NCBI RefSeq assembly: GCF_018350175.1
Contig: NC_058368.1
Coordinates: 171,804,001-171,868,000 of the forward strand
DNA: 64,000 bases
Direction of reading: 5' to 3'
Origin: Felis catus
Taxonomy: Eukaryota
Shown here: positions 1 through 12,902 of the stretch, piece after piece
How positions within the stretch are numbered: the first letter of the stretch is position 1
How the letters are laid out: every line of letters begins with the position of its first letter
Program-made: the position numbers and the translations under genes
Notes under the pieces: generated by a model
What the model was told of the DNA's origin: nothing
What the model saw: only the letters and a program-made list of their open reading frames with translations
Database searches by the model: none

Positions 1-1314
1 TACTTTGACTTACAACCTTTGGAAAGTATCATTTTCTAGCTAAACAGTAGTTTCCACTTGACACTTTTGATAGTGAACTTCCTACAAGACTATCCTGGGA
101 GATAGTACCAGCGGGCTGGGCAATTAGAGGAAGGGAAAGCTCAGTTTAAAGGGGTCAGGACAGTCAGCCAAGATCCCTTTCAAGTGCCTAGAACAGGAAA
201 TTCTCGAAAGAGTCTCACAGCCCACCTCCAACTAGGAAACATTTTCAGAATGAGAAAGACACATCCCTTCAAAAACTAGGCATTTGATGCCCTGTAGTGT
301 CTTGGAGAGGAAGCTGGGTTCTGCACCCTTAGTTGAAAGGGTCTTGCCAGCATTTCCAGTGTGTCTGAAAGGAAATAGGAAATACTGACCCTCAGCTTCT
401 CCTGTCTATTTTTATACCCTGGTTGTGTATTGTAGTTTTAATAAGAAGGTGGGAAATGAGAATATGTTTTGAGTATATGTGTTTTTTTCCTGGTACCTGC
501 TCATGCCTATGGAGGTTGTAAATTCCAAAATTCTAACACAAGAAGCCCCTGTCGGGTGGCAATGACCCTCCATGTTAGACTCAATGTCCACATGAAAAAT
601 ATTCTTGGCAAAGAGCACTTACAGCATAGCAGTAAAAATAATGATCCTTCTCACAATTCTCAAATAAATATAACTCCTAATGGCTAAAGCACTATGAGCT
701 AATCAGATTTTTTTGGACATGCAAAAAATTTTTGAAAATCAATATTGCATTTGATAAATAAAATCCATATTACCTAGGACATAAGTTATTCTGGACTGGT
801 ATACAATTAGTTGTTTTTCATCATTGTCTTATTATTTTGAGTGTTCTAACTTTTGCTGTTATGGAGTGAAGGGAGAATAGAAGAAACAGGATTTACTGTG
901 TACTTTTCTCTTGGTAAGAAACTATACATTCTGTATATGGTAAAAGATAATGCCAAAGAGAAAGTGAGTCTAATAAACAATGAAGATTATTACAGCATTT
1001 TGGTTAAGGTAAACCATCTAGGAATAAACAGGAATAAACATTGAAGGGAAATTGAAGTCAGCCAATTGGCTCCCAGATGTTTTTGCCAAAACGAGGGTGT
1101 TACAGCAGAATCACAGACGAATGAGTCTTTCAGTGGACAACTGCCCAATGAGAAACTAATACAGAAGAAGAATTGATAGTGATTTAGAGGCACAGGGATT
1201 TAGGGAAAGGAATACAGAACCAGGAGAAATAAAGTTAAGATTACAACAGGTCATGGGTAGTTTACAGGCAAAAATCACACCCATTACATTTCCTTTTCAA
1301 ACCTTCTTTAATGA

Positions 1315-1540
1315 GGGGTGCCTAGGTTAATTGGTTAAACGTCTGACTTCAGCTCAGGTCATAATCTCACAAGCCAGTCTGAGTTCAAGCCCAGCATTGG
1401 GCTCTGTGTTGACAGCTCAGAGCCTAGAGCTGCTTCGGATTCTGTGTTTTCCTCTGTCTCTGCCCTTCCCCATTCACACTGTGTGTGTGTGTGTGTATGT
1501 GTGTGTCAAAAATAAATAAATATTTAAAAAATTTTTAAAA
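1315..1540 (+). mobile_element. Can-SINE with internal (TG)n
   Basis: GGGGTGCCT... tRNA-like head, AATAAA/A-rich tail, diverged TSD (aaaccttctttaatga / aaaccctcctctgatga). Confidence 0.9.
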
Positions 1541-1789
1541 ACCCTCCTCTGATGAAAAACTAAGATGATCATTATGTTTGCAAGATCCATTTAGTCAAGG
1601 ATACCAGAATCAATATGCCTTTTCCCTGAGAGAGGTAATGTGTTAAACCTCTGCCCTCCACATTTTAACCAGGAGGTAAACTAGGCAAAGTCTCTCCTCT
1701 TATGTGATTTTAAGCCCCATGATGTCTTCCTGCACAGCACTGAGTAAGAGTTAGCATTTGAAATTTACATACATGGTTTATCTGATGAA

Positions 1790-1940
1790 GGTCACTCTCC
1801 CCCACTGAACTACAAGTTCCCCAATGGCAAAGATTTTGTCTTTTTTTTTTTTTTTTTGGCTAGCTATTGGTTTCTAATGTCTAGCACATAGCCTGATGCA
1901 TAGGAGACACTCATTTATTACCTACATAAATAAATGAATG
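1790..1940 (+). mobile_element. L2 3' end fragment
   Basis: ctagcacatagcctgatgcatagg...aaataaatgaatg resembles the L2 terminus. Confidence 0.6.
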
Positions 1941-2163
1941 TAGTTAATTATCCTTCTCCTGTTTTCTCTCTTGTCATCTTCCTTCCCTACTCATTGTTTC
2001 CTGGTTTCCCTCCATTTCATTTCATTTTCAGACCAAAACAAGCTTCATCTCAACACTTCCACACATTGGGTTCTTGTGGTGGTCATCACCCTTCATTGAG
2101 CTGGGGTAGCTTCCTTTGTCTCCAAACTGCTCATGTGTCTTTCTGTAAAACATAGATTGGGCA

Positions 2164-2371
2164 GGGCTCCTGGGTGGCTCAGTCGGTTAAGCATCCAACT
2201 TCAGCTCAGGTCATGATCTCACAGTCCATGGGTTTGAGCCCCGTGTCAGGCTCTGTGCTGACAGCTCAGAGCCTGGAGCCTGCTTCAGATTCTGTGTCTC
2301 CCTCTCTCTCTGCCCCTCCCCTGCTCATGCTCTCTCTTTGTCTGTCTCAAAAATGAATAAAAACATTAAAA
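2164..2371 (+). mobile_element. Can-SINE (feliform)
   Basis: Full body; TSD AAAACATAGATTGGG at 2147-2161 and 2372-2386. Confidence 0.95.
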
Positions 2372-2434
2372 AAAACATAGATTGGGAACCTTAGGGAACC
2401 CTCAACCAGCCACCCCTGGGAAAGGTGGTGCAGC

Positions 2435-2663
2435 ACGAGCAGATTGCTCGGATTTGAGCTATGGTTGGATGACTTACTGAATGTGTAATGCTACGTAAGT
2501 TACTTAACCTTTCCAAGTTTTAGTTTCCTCAGTTTTACAACGAGGCTAATAATGAAACCAACCACGTCAAAGGGTTATTATAATGATTAAATGACTGACT
2601 GTAAGTAGAGCTCTTAAGACAGTGTCTGATACACAGAGGGCACTATAAAGTAGCTATTATTAT
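2435..2663 (+). mobile_element. MIR
   Basis: Core aagttacttaacctttccaagttttagtttcctca and tail agctattattat. Confidence 0.8.
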
Positions 2664-4705
2664 CACAATGACCTCAAAACCTAAATATGGACTTTGCTAT
2701 ACATTTTTATAATTGATCCACAATTTTTACCCCAAAAGTGGACAAAGTGACTCAGCTTTAGGCCTCTATCAGCTGCTGCCTGTCCCTGTTCATGGGCAGT
2801 GTCCTCCCCCAGTTATCCAGGCTGCGAGAATGTCTGCTCAGGATTAGGGATACAGAGTGGTGTTGCAGGGGTATGGCAAAAAGGGTGGGGGGGAACCCCA
2901 GTCAAAATCAGAGCTCAATGGCCAGTTGTTATTCCAGGGCAGAGATTTTTTTTGTCGCCATTCTTGGCTGTTAGGCAATGTGGCCTAAGGCATTTGTTCC
3001 CTTGAATCTCCAGGGAGGCATCTGTGCCTAGAAACACAACATTATCTAAGGGCTCTCCTCTCTTACAGCTGCCTTTCCCAAACCCTGACAGGAGTCAAGT
3101 GGTGGAATTTCTGTGTCACTGGAAAAAGGAATGCTTTATAAATTTACCACAAGCATCTGAATGTTTCTCTCCAAATCAGTTGAGAGATGACGTTTCTGTG
3201 ACATGCAGTTCAGCAAGCAGAAATGGTTAGAACCTAGGCAGAGAGAAGAGGTGAGAAGCTGCCCAGAGCAGCTGAGAGGCCAGGGTCACTGCACCCAGCC
3301 ACCACTGCTTGGAAGAGGGCCTTTCTGGGAGAAACAGGAAAGAATGGATGCACTGTCAACATTTCTGTATTTTGTCTCCAGACAACCAGAGAAATCAGGA
3401 TGACAGGCAGAATCCCCTGCTGAGGGAAAGCAGCTCTTTGCAACCCAGATTAGAGGGTTGGGAGCGGGGAGGAAGATGGAGAAGCCATCCTAGATGCTCT
3501 TCTGTTTGTCCAGGATGCAAGAAGTAGGAAAGAGGCAGAACTCCACGTTTCCAAGTGGCGGTCTCTGAGGCTCGAAACTAAGCAGATGGTTGGGGCCAGC
3601 AGTGGACACAGAGCTCTGCTGCGGCTTTCTGGGCAAAGGAGGGGCTGTGACTGCAGAGATGGAAACCGATCTGTCAGGGGCCCCAGGGGGAGCTTAGCAA
3701 CCAGAAACTGGAAGTGCAAGGAGAGAGCAAACAAAGCTGAGATAGCCAATGTGCAGAATTGTATATGGACCTGCAAACCCACTGGGGTTTGGCATTCTAG
3801 GCCATGTTTTTGAGGCTGAGCTACTGAAGTTGCTGTGCCTGGAAAGCACGTAACTTGCAGCTGAGTGTCTAGGCTCACAATCCCTGCAGCAGGCAAGTCT
3901 CAAGGATCATTCTGGTGTGTGTGGCATGGAATCGAAATTTTTACACACTTCCAGGACTTCTGTCTTCAGAATTGAGCCATAAGGCAGGAACTCTGTTCCC
4001 TTAAGGTTGACTCTAAATTTCCCTATTTGTGGGAAATAAGGAAGAGGAGAGACTTTGTTCTCACCTTCCTCCCTACTAGGTTTGTCTTCTCTGGGCCCAA
4101 TATCAAAACATTTATATAATCTTCACCTTTGAAATTAGCCTGCTCTTTAACGTCTTATGGAGTTCAATCTTTTTAAAGTGTTCATTTAGAAAAATCTTTT
4201 TCACTGACATAGTGTCTAATGAAGGATGCAGGAGATTTAATTTGGAAACATCTTAATTAGGTATACCTCTTCAAAGGAAGGAAAAAATATTTAAAACACT
4301 GGAAATTTTAGTATTGGATTTTTTTCCCCAAAACTGCAAAATAATGAGGACTCCAAAGCAAAAACTCTTGGGGAGGGACTCCTACTCTTTATTTAAATGG
4401 AAAAAAAAACACATTGATTTCTAGAAGAGAAACTTTGGTTTTCTTGGGACCCCTGGGTGCCACTAATACAACTTTAATACTCATGTTCGTACCCCAATTG
4501 TTCTTTCTGTCAATAGTCAACAGTCAACAGTATGGTTAATACTATTGGTAAAGTTTCTATTAACCAGTATGTAAATACTCTAGAGCCACACTTATTTATT
4601 TCAGCAACCATGCACATTCAGGACTTCTAGATTTTTGCAGCCAAACACTCTCATTTTAATGATGCATTACATTGACATAGGATTTTCCAGTTTTTAAAAA
4701 TGCTC

Positions 4706-4901
4706 TTTTTTTAATGTTTACATATTTTTGAGAGAGAGCAAGCACAAGCAGGGGAGGGGCAGAAAGAGAAAGAATCTCTAGCAGGCCCTCCACTCTCAGT
4801 GTGGAGCCCAATGCAGGGCTCGAACTCACAAACCATGGGATCATGACCTGAGCTGAAATCAAGAGTAGGAAGCTTAACCAACTGAGCCACCCAGGCACCC
4901 C
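4706..4901 (-). mobile_element. Can-SINE
   Basis: Reverse-oriented body ending ccaggcacccc; TSD TAAAAATGCT. Confidence 0.95.
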
Positions 4902-5394
4902 TAAAAATGCTTTTAGATTCATTATCTTATATTCACTTCTCAAAATGATCTGAGGCAGACACAGCAAGCATTATCATTTTTGGTTTTGTTTTTAACTAGC
5001 TGATTTCTTGAAAAATACATTCATATATACAGTAACAAATTCAAGGACATAAATTGAAAATTAAGTCCCTCTTAACCTGCTCCGCCCCCAAGTCTCCTGA
5101 GTTATAACTACTCTTGGGGTTTTTCCATGTGACTTTTCAGAAATTGCAGTGTCCATACTCGCACAATTCAATCTATCTGTGCCTTTTAAAAATGAATTCA
5201 CACACCCAAGACCAGGCTCTTCCCTGCTCTCTGCCTAGCTTTTTTCAATTGGAGATCTTCAATAAGAACATAGAGAGGCTGACCTCCTTCTTTGTTTGAC
5301 AGTCTATCTAACTGGTCCCCGAGTGATGGGCATTTAGGTTACATCCAGGTTTTTCTGTTATAAACAAAGCTAAGATAAGCAATACTAGCAAAAA

Positions 5395-5572
5395 ATGATA
5401 AAGTGCTTAGAAAGTGTTTTTCAGGTGTACGAAGTCAGTTAATCCTCACAACTATTCTATGACATAGAAACTATCATTACTCCATTTTGGTAGAAATGGT
5501 AGAGCCCAGATTTGAATCCAGACAGTCTAACTCCAGAACCCAAGCTCTTAACCAAGCACGCTGTACTGCCTC
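5395..5572 (-). mobile_element. MIR fragment
   Basis: ttaatcctcacaac...gatttgaatccagacagtctaactccaga...gctcttaacca. Confidence 0.75.
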
Positions 5573-6504
5573 TCTGTGTTTTCTGTGCACAATTAGATCT
5601 GAGAAACCAGGAAACACAGCTGGGCAAGTGGACCACAGGGTTTGTGCTCACTGTTGCACAGCCAGCTCGTGGCAGAGTGGCACCAGACACCAGCCTCCCA
5701 ATTCCCACACGCTTGCTCATGCCCCTACCCTCAGTGACATACCACTGCCTTCAGAATGTTGTCTCTTTGAATTCCTGAGAAGTTCTAAAGAAGACTTGAG
5801 ATGTGAATGAAGAGTCTGCACTAAGCAGTGTGGGAGAGTCTCTCATAGATGTGGAGCGAGGGATGTTTGTTTCTCAGGGTGTTTGAACACTCAGATACTG
5901 CACTAGTAGATTCTGTAGTTCAAGCAAATGTTGCCCCAGAATATCTTTAACGTAAAAAATGTACTTTTTGAGTCTCAAGTCCAGAGGTAAGTTACACCAA
6001 ATTTTACTCCATGTTACGACTCATTTTTGGCTATTACTACAAAGAAAAACTGATTAAATCATGAACGTGTAGACAAAAGAAAGTATGTCCAACTTAATCC
6101 TATGTAACGACTCGTTACCACAGAGAAAGCGGCATGGAACCAACATTCTCCCCCCAACTTGAGAATCACAGCTGCATTCTAAATCTGAAACCATCTTCCT
6201 AAGTGCTGGGCAGAACTTGAGAGTTGTAAGCAACATTATTTTTAAGCACCTCTTGCATTTAAAGAGTTTGAGAATCTCCCTCAGATCCTCACACCCTCCC
6301 TGCTCCTGCCCCCCCCCCGATTATGAATGCCTCAGCTCAAAAGGCTGGAAGCCTCCTTAGAAACCAGGTAGGCCTCACATTGCCCAGGGCTTTACTGTTT
6401 TCCAATCACTTTGCCAATTATAAGTTCCTGTGACTGCCATGACACCATCTCCCCCGCCCCCCGCTACCACACCCTGCCTTGACAGTGGGTACTTCATCTT
6501 CACA

Positions 6505-6980
6505 GCTAGGTGGATGGTGGTAATATTTAACTGAGAATGGAAGGATAGGGAAGGAAGAAGATTGGGCGGAAAACTCAGAGTGTGATTTTGTATTCCTAAA
6601 ACCTGAGATGTCTGTGTGACATCCAAGTGGAAAGTACCAAGTACACACTTGGATACATGAGGCAGGAGCTCAAGGGAGTGGCCAGAACTGCAGACTTGGG
6701 GGCCATCTGTTTATAACTCATCTGGATGAATTCACCTGGAGAGGCTGGATAGTCAGAGAAGAGAACAGGGTCTGTGATGGAACCCTGAGGAATGCCAACA
6801 TTTGAAAATTAGGTAGGGAAAGAAGAGGCAGTAGATGAAATTAAAAAGGAGCTGCCAGAAATAGAGGAAGCTTATGATACCACACAATCCAGGAAAAGAG
6901 AGGGGTTCAAGAAGGAAGGGGTGGTCAACTGTTTGGAATGATGCTCAGAGGTGCAATAATTTGAGGACACAGAACTATCA
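6505..6980 (-). mobile_element. L2 internal fragment
   Basis: tgagatgtctgtgtgacatccaagtgga, gaaccctgaggaatgccaacattt and gtggtcaactgt are L2-like blocks. Confidence 0.75.
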
Positions 6981-7293
6981 TCTCTCATTTCTCCCCATCA
7001 GCATTAAATCACAGAGGTACACAGCCTCAGGCCAGGGGTCTCAAGTTCAACAAAGCCAGTCCTGAAAGCAAGCAGATGACTAGAGGCAGTAACTAAATAT
7101 TTTGTCTGGTTTAGGAGACATCTTACTTGGCAATCCTTAGGTCTGAGTGCCTCCATTTACCTCGGTCTCTCTCTTCGTACTTCTCTAAATTGATGTTCCC
7201 TTTCTTGTTGACTGTACTTCTGGCTCCAGTCCAAGTCCTTGATTTTCTTCTAGCCCCAAGAAAGCTATTTATTATATTAGTTTTCTAGGGTAA

Positions 7294-7669
7294 TGTATTC
7301 GTGTTTCAGGGCTGCCATAACACATTCTACAGACTGGGTTACTTAGAAATTTAAATCACTACTCTGGAGGCTGGAAGTCCCAGCCCAGGTGTCAGCAGGC
7401 TGGTTTCGTTCTGAGGCCTCTCTCCTTGGCTTGTAAATGGCTTTCTTCTCCCTGTGTTCCCACATGGTCTTCCTCTGTGAGTGTATCTATGTCCTAATTG
7501 CTTCTTATAAGGACACCAGTCATATTGGACTATAGCCCACCCTGATGACCTCATTTAACCTTAATGACCTCTTTAAAGGCCCTGTTTCCAAAAATAGTGA
7601 AATTCTGAGGTACTGGGCATTCTGACTTCAACATATGAATTTGGGGAGGACACAATGAATCCCATAACA
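7294..7669 (-). mobile_element. MaLR solo LTR (MLT1B-like)
   Basis: TG...CA ends; gggctgccataac, cttataaggacaccagtcatattgga, cttcaacatatgaattt. Confidence 0.88.
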
Positions 7670-8442
7670 AGTATTTTTTCTTTCCAGATCCTAGCCACAA
7701 TTTAAGAATCTTACTGCCATAGGCCTACCCTTCCTGGGTGTCCGGGTCTCAGATCTATACAATTACTCAAATTCTAAATTCTGCCTCTTGACTTTCTGTC
7801 TTCTACTCATTGCTTCCTCTTTCATGTGACCTTTGAGCTTTCCTTGGTTCTTTGTTGAGCCTTTGCTATGATCACTTTAGTTTAAACTTGTTGCACTGTT
7901 GGCCTGCTGCACAGTAATTCATCAGGCATATATATACAGACTGGTCCCAGGAAAATGCAGATGATTGAAAGAATTAATAAATTACTGCTTTCCTGTCTGC
8001 TCTTTCTCCTTCTGATTTATCCTACATAGCAGTGCCATAGTAACCTTCCTATTAGAACAGATATCTTATATCTTCCTTACCCAAAAGCCACTGATAACTC
8101 TTCATGGCCAACAAAATCCAGCCTCATTTCAAATTCAAAATCCTTGGCAATCTGTTCCCTACTCTGTGCACACCTCAGTCCTTTGCTGTCTGATAAGGGT
8201 GTCTCCTATGCCTTCCAAACCCTGGTTATTGACTCAAAACAGAATAGTCTGCCTGCAGTAATGTCCTTTTGTTTCCCCATCCTGTCCTCTTTTCAATGTC
8301 CAAGCCACTCTCCAAGCCTCAGCTCATCTGTAAAAAATATTTCCAGATTTCCCCTCTGCCTGGGGCATAATTAATCTCTCCTCTCCTCTTTTTTATATTT
8401 TGTATCTTATTATTGTATTCATTGCTGTTTGCTTTCTATTAG

Positions 8443-8444
<2 letters not shown>

Positions 8445-8483
<39 letters not shown>
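8445..8483. repeat. (GT)n microsatellite, ~19 units
   Basis: Perfect dinucleotide run. Confidence 0.98.
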
Positions 8484-8484
<1 letters not shown>

Positions 8485-8574
8485 ATTCCCCACCAGATCA
8501 TGAGTCCTAGACAATAAGACCCCACAGTACCTAGGACACAGATCATGCTGAGTAAATGTACTACACTGAGCACC

Positions 8575-8742
8575 TGGGTGTTGGAAGTTCCAGCCTGGCT
8601 TCTATTCCAGGTTTGGCTGCCTATAACCTTGGGCAGGTCCCCTAACTTCTCTTGGCCTCCCTTGCTTCATCTCTAAAATAAGATAAATCATATCAGGGAT
8701 GCTGTGAATTAATTATTTATCATTTTGAAAGTGCCTTGAGAT
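8575..8742 (+). mobile_element. MIR fragment
   Basis: accttgggcaggtcccctaacttctcttggcctcc...catctctaaaata core. Confidence 0.7.
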
Positions 8743-9239
8743 CTTGAAAGATTGGCAATTCTATTTTTGTGGCATCTTTCTCACTAGTTGCAGTTCTTTT
8801 AAAAGAAACATGCAAAGGAGAGGCATGGACTGTTCAAAGAACAGTTTTTGCAAAACCAGAAATAATTATATCCTATATTTCAGACAAGGTCATCTTTTAC
8901 CCTTTATAGAAAATGACGGAGTCTTGAAGAAACCTGCTTTTTCTACCAGTGAGTTTAAAGCGATTACAGTATTTATGTTGAATTAGAAAAAGATGAGTAA
9001 GGATTCTATCATGCAGAGAACAGAGATTTCCCTGAGGGAAGATATAAATGAAAAAAAAATTTTAAACATGCCAAATGTAAATGACCTTTACAGAAAGAAG
9101 CCTGCTGTTTATATGTACAGCCAAGGCCAGTAGTAGAAATACTTACTTGAGTGATATGTTCATTTCAGGAGGCTCAAGACATATCCAAAGTCAAGGGCAA
9201 AGGGAGCAAAGCCACTGATGTAATAATTCACCTTTCATA

Positions 9240-9420
9240 CACATTAACTCACTCAATCCTCCCAATACTCCCAAGAGATACTCAGGGCAGGTCTTACTAA
9301 ACCTGTTTTATAGTTGAGGAAATTGCAAGCCAGTGCTGTTATGCAACTTATCCAAAGCAACTCTGTAAAGAGTGGATCCAGGACTCAACCTGACCTCTTG
9401 ACCCAAGTCCAGGACTCCTC
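9240..9420 (-). mobile_element. MIR fragment
   Basis: cctgttttatagttgaggaaattg...caacttatccaaag. Confidence 0.6.
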
Positions 9421-10179
9421 TGCCTCACCTCACTCCATCTTAGCCCTAGTGTCCAAGGCACTGCACACAGGATACCAGGCTGCTTGAGAAGGAAAAGATG
9501 GGGGCAAGGAGGGTGGGAAGACAGAGAACTGTCTAGGGGGCTTCAAGCCCCTGTTTCTGACCAGGTCCCTTGGCCACTCTGCATAGGCATCCACCTTTTC
9601 CCGCATGCTAGTGCTCTTGGTGCCTAAGTGAGCTTTACTTCCTTGATTTCCCTCCCCCTTCACCTCAGGCAGGGCTCCCTTCTCCTGCCAGGCTTCCACC
9701 AACTAGTTGCTGTGCAACAGGAACCTGAACGTACTGACAGTGACAGCATTAATGGTGTCAGGCCCCAATACACCCAGTGCATGAAAAGTACCATCTGGGG
9801 GGATATGGAGTTTGTACCCCCAGCAGCTTCCCCTGTGGCTCTCTGGAGAGAGGACTCAACACCCAGACACTGCAGCTCCTGCAGCCTGAGGGCCCTGAGG
9901 GCAGATCCTTCAAGAAATGTCCACAGTCCAGACACAAACATCTTGATTTTGTGTTCCTGCTGGCCAGCCTCCTGCTCCGAAAGCAAAAGTGAGTGAGGCC
10001 ATAGAGGAAGGAGTTCAGGAGTCCCCTCCATCTCTCTCCCTTGTGCTCCCACAGCACTTTCCCAGCTCTTGCAACATTCCTCACCTTGGGCCTTGGGTTA
10101 TGGTTCTCTGTGGACATGTCTTATTTCCCCTATTGGAGCATGAGCTTACCGAGAGCAGGAAAAATATTTACTGTGGTGG

Positions 10180-10400
10180 TAATGATAATGGAAAGCACTT
10201 TTTGTTGAATACATACTGAGTGGTAGGTGTGGTGCTAAACGCTTTCCATACCAGGTGTCATGAATCTTTGCAACAGCCTTATGAGACAGGTATCATTATT
10301 TTCATCCAGATTTTATAGCTAAGGAGATAGAGAAATGGAGAAATGATTTGTCCTACATGTCGCATCTAATAATCATCAAAGCCAGGACCAAGAGCGAGGT
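10180..10400 (-). mobile_element. MIR fragment
   Basis: caacagccttatgagacaggtatcattatt...ttttatagctaaggagatagag. Confidence 0.65.
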
Positions 10401-10737
10401 CTATCATTATCCTTCTTTGTAACCCCTTAATGAGCTGGTAGACCAATATGTTCATGGAGTTACAGTAGGACCTAGAAGTGCACTTACTAGGATGTCATAA
10501 ATATTTACTTAATTTAAGAAAGCTGCTGTATGGTTTAATTTGGAAGACAAATCATAATAGCTAACATTTTCATTGCCAGGACCTGAACTCAGTCTCTCCC
10601 CAACTTCACCTTATTTTTCTCCCCCAAAGCAAAACATCTTTCTTTACTTTTCTTTCCATTTATTTATTGAAGAAACTGGGTCACTGAGCTCATCTCACAG
10701 AGTTTCCTCACTACTGGATTTTGTCAATTGTATTATG

Positions 10738-10915
10738 TAATCCTCATAACAATCATATGATTAATCTTACGAGGTAGGTACTGCTATCATTGACAATTGG
10801 CAGATGAGAAAAACATGGCCCAGAATGATGGAAATTTTGCGTAAGGTGATATAGGAAGTGGTGAGAACACAAATCTGGGTCTCACTGACTATAAGGCCTG
10901 CACTCCTAACCACCA
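10738..10915 (-). mobile_element. MIR fragment
   Basis: taatcctcataacaatc...gaggtaggtactgctatc...cagatgagaaaac. Confidence 0.65.
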
Positions 10916-11312
10916 AGTCAGACAGCCCCTCAGCTGTCACCAAACGGATATCAATCTCTCTGCTGTAACTCATCTTACCACTTACACTGAGAAACAAAAA
11001 TTAAAGTAGAATAGCGTTTAGATATTTTATGTTCACTTGCAATTTTTATGAGGATCATAACTTAATATTTGATGTTTGACTAAAGAGGCATAGCATACAT
11101 GATTCTCTAAAATGATAAACTTAGAAAGTTTTCATTAATAAATCAAAGACTTACAGGGCTTTTTTCTTTACAAAGTTCTTTAGCTCAGAAGTTAAAAAGG
11201 TAAAATATAGAAGTTCAAAAAAAATTTAGATAAAATAATAGATCCACAGTGGCTTATGAAAGGAAGCCAAGGATATTTGTGATAAATATCCCATTTTTAA
11301 AAATTGTAAATA

Positions 11313-11498
11313 GGGGTACCTGGGGGCTCAGTCAGTTGAGTGTTCAACTCTTGATTTCAGCTCAGGTCGTGATCCCAGAGTCATGGGATCGAGCCCTGCA
11401 TTGGGCTCTGCGCTGAGTGTGGAGCCTTCTTTGGATTCTCTCTCTCTCCCTCTGCCCATCAACACTGTATGCTCTCTCTCTCTAAAATAAAATAATTT
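11313..11498 (+). mobile_element. Can-SINE (outer element of nested triple)
   Basis: Head GGGGTACCTGG; its tail is interrupted by the next SINE. Confidence 0.92.
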
Positions 11499-11500
11499 GG

Positions 11501-11718
11501 GGGGTGCCTGTGTGGCTTAGTTGGTTAAGCATCCAACTTCAGCTCAGGTCATGATCTTGCGGTCCATGGGTTCGAGCCCTGTGTCGGGCTCTGTGCTGAC
11601 AGCTCAGAGCCTGGAGCCTGTTTCAGATTCTGTGTCTCCCTCTCACTCTGACCCTCCCCTGTTCATGCTTTGTCTCACTCTGTCTCAAAAATAAATAAAC
11701 GTTAAAAAAATTTTTTTT
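11501..11718 (+). mobile_element. Can-SINE nested in tail of the previous SINE
   Basis: TSD AATAAAATAATTT at 11486-11498 and 11719-11731. Confidence 0.94.
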
Positions 11719-11744
11719 AATAAAATAATTTTTTTTTAATTGTA

Positions 11745-11960
11745 GGGGCACCTGGGTGCCTCAGTCAGTTACGCATCTGACTCTTGATTTCAGCTCAGGT
11801 CATGATCTGATGGATTGTGAGTTCAAGTCCCACATTGGGCTCTGCACTGACAGTGTGGAGCCTGCTTGGGATTCTCTCTCTCCCTCTCTCTGCCCCTCCC
11901 CCACTCATGCTTGCTCTCTCTGCCTCTCTCTCTCTAAAAATAAATAAATAAAACTTTTTT
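11745..11960 (+). mobile_element. Can-SINE
   Basis: Full body; flanked by AATTGTA duplications. Confidence 0.93.
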
Positions 11961-12015
11961 AAAAATTGTAAATAAAAGTAATAAACACCTATTATTGAAC
12001 ATTCAGGGAAATTTT

Positions 12016-12252
12016 GTTTTTTTGTTTTTTTTTTTTTAATTTTTTTTTCAACGTTTATTTATTTTTTGGGACAGAGAGAGACAGAGCATGAACGGGGGAG
12101 GGGCAGAGAGAGAGGGAGACACAGAATCGGAAACAGGCTCCAGGCTCTGAGCCATCAGCCCAGAGCCTGACGCGGGGCTCGAACTCACGGACCGCGAGAT
12201 CGTGACCCGGCTGAAGTCGGACGCTTAACCGACTGCGCCACCCAGGCGCCCC
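12016..12252 (-). mobile_element. Young feline Can-SINE (SINEC_Fc-type)
   Basis: CpG-rich intact body, long tail, TSD GAACATT(C/T)AGGGAAATTTT. Confidence 0.97.
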
Positions 12253-12689
12253 GAACATTTAGGGAAATTTTGAAAGTACAAAGAAAATATAAGCCACCTA
12301 CCATGGTCTTGCCCTCAAATCTCTCCCTTTTTGAGGTTGACAGGAAAAGCAGCCAGTGTCTTCCACTGTATGTGACCACAGAGGTGAAGTCTGGTCTGCA
12401 GGTAGCAAGAGTCTGATTCCTACTGTAGAATGTCTGGACAATGTTTCAGAAGGGATAGATCATATGTGCACAGACCCTGCAGTGGGGAGACATTTGAGAT
12501 AAGAAATAAAGTATCTAGTGCTAATGGGGTGAGAGTCATAAAACCTGGAATTAAAATCTGGGAAAGACACAAATAATAAAATACAGATACTGATACTTTT
12601 AAGAATGAAATGGAAAAAATGAAGTGTAGATGAAAAATGATATGGGTTTATAGTTTAAGTGAGTTCCAGTAGTTAATACTTCCATTTTT

Positions 12690-12902
12690 AAAAAAATCTT
12701 TTTAATGTTTACTTACTTTTGAGAGAGAGAGACAGAGTGCAATGGGAGAGGGGCAGAGAGAGAGGGAGACACTGAATCCGAAGCAGGCACCAGGCTCTGA
12801 GCTGTCAACACAGAGCCTGATGTGGGGCTTGAACCCACAAATTGTGAGATCATGACCTGAGCCAAAGTCAGACACTCAACTGACTGAGCCACACAGGCAC
12901 CC
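12690..12902 (-). mobile_element. Can-SINE
   Basis: Reverse body; TSD-like AATACTT(C/T)CATTTTTA. Confidence 0.93.

Noticed and set aside
3678..3695. CTCF-like motif (also degenerate ones near 41975 and 55940)
   Set aside because: Several mismatches to the core consensus.
3450..3896. 148-aa minus-strand ORF
   Set aside because: Non-ATG start, no recognisable homology, no supporting exon chain.
9430..10219. Cluster of 70-130-aa ORFs and a possible 179-nt minus-strand exon (9664-9842)
   Set aside because: No recognisable protein in any frame; weak donor (GAG|gtgaag).
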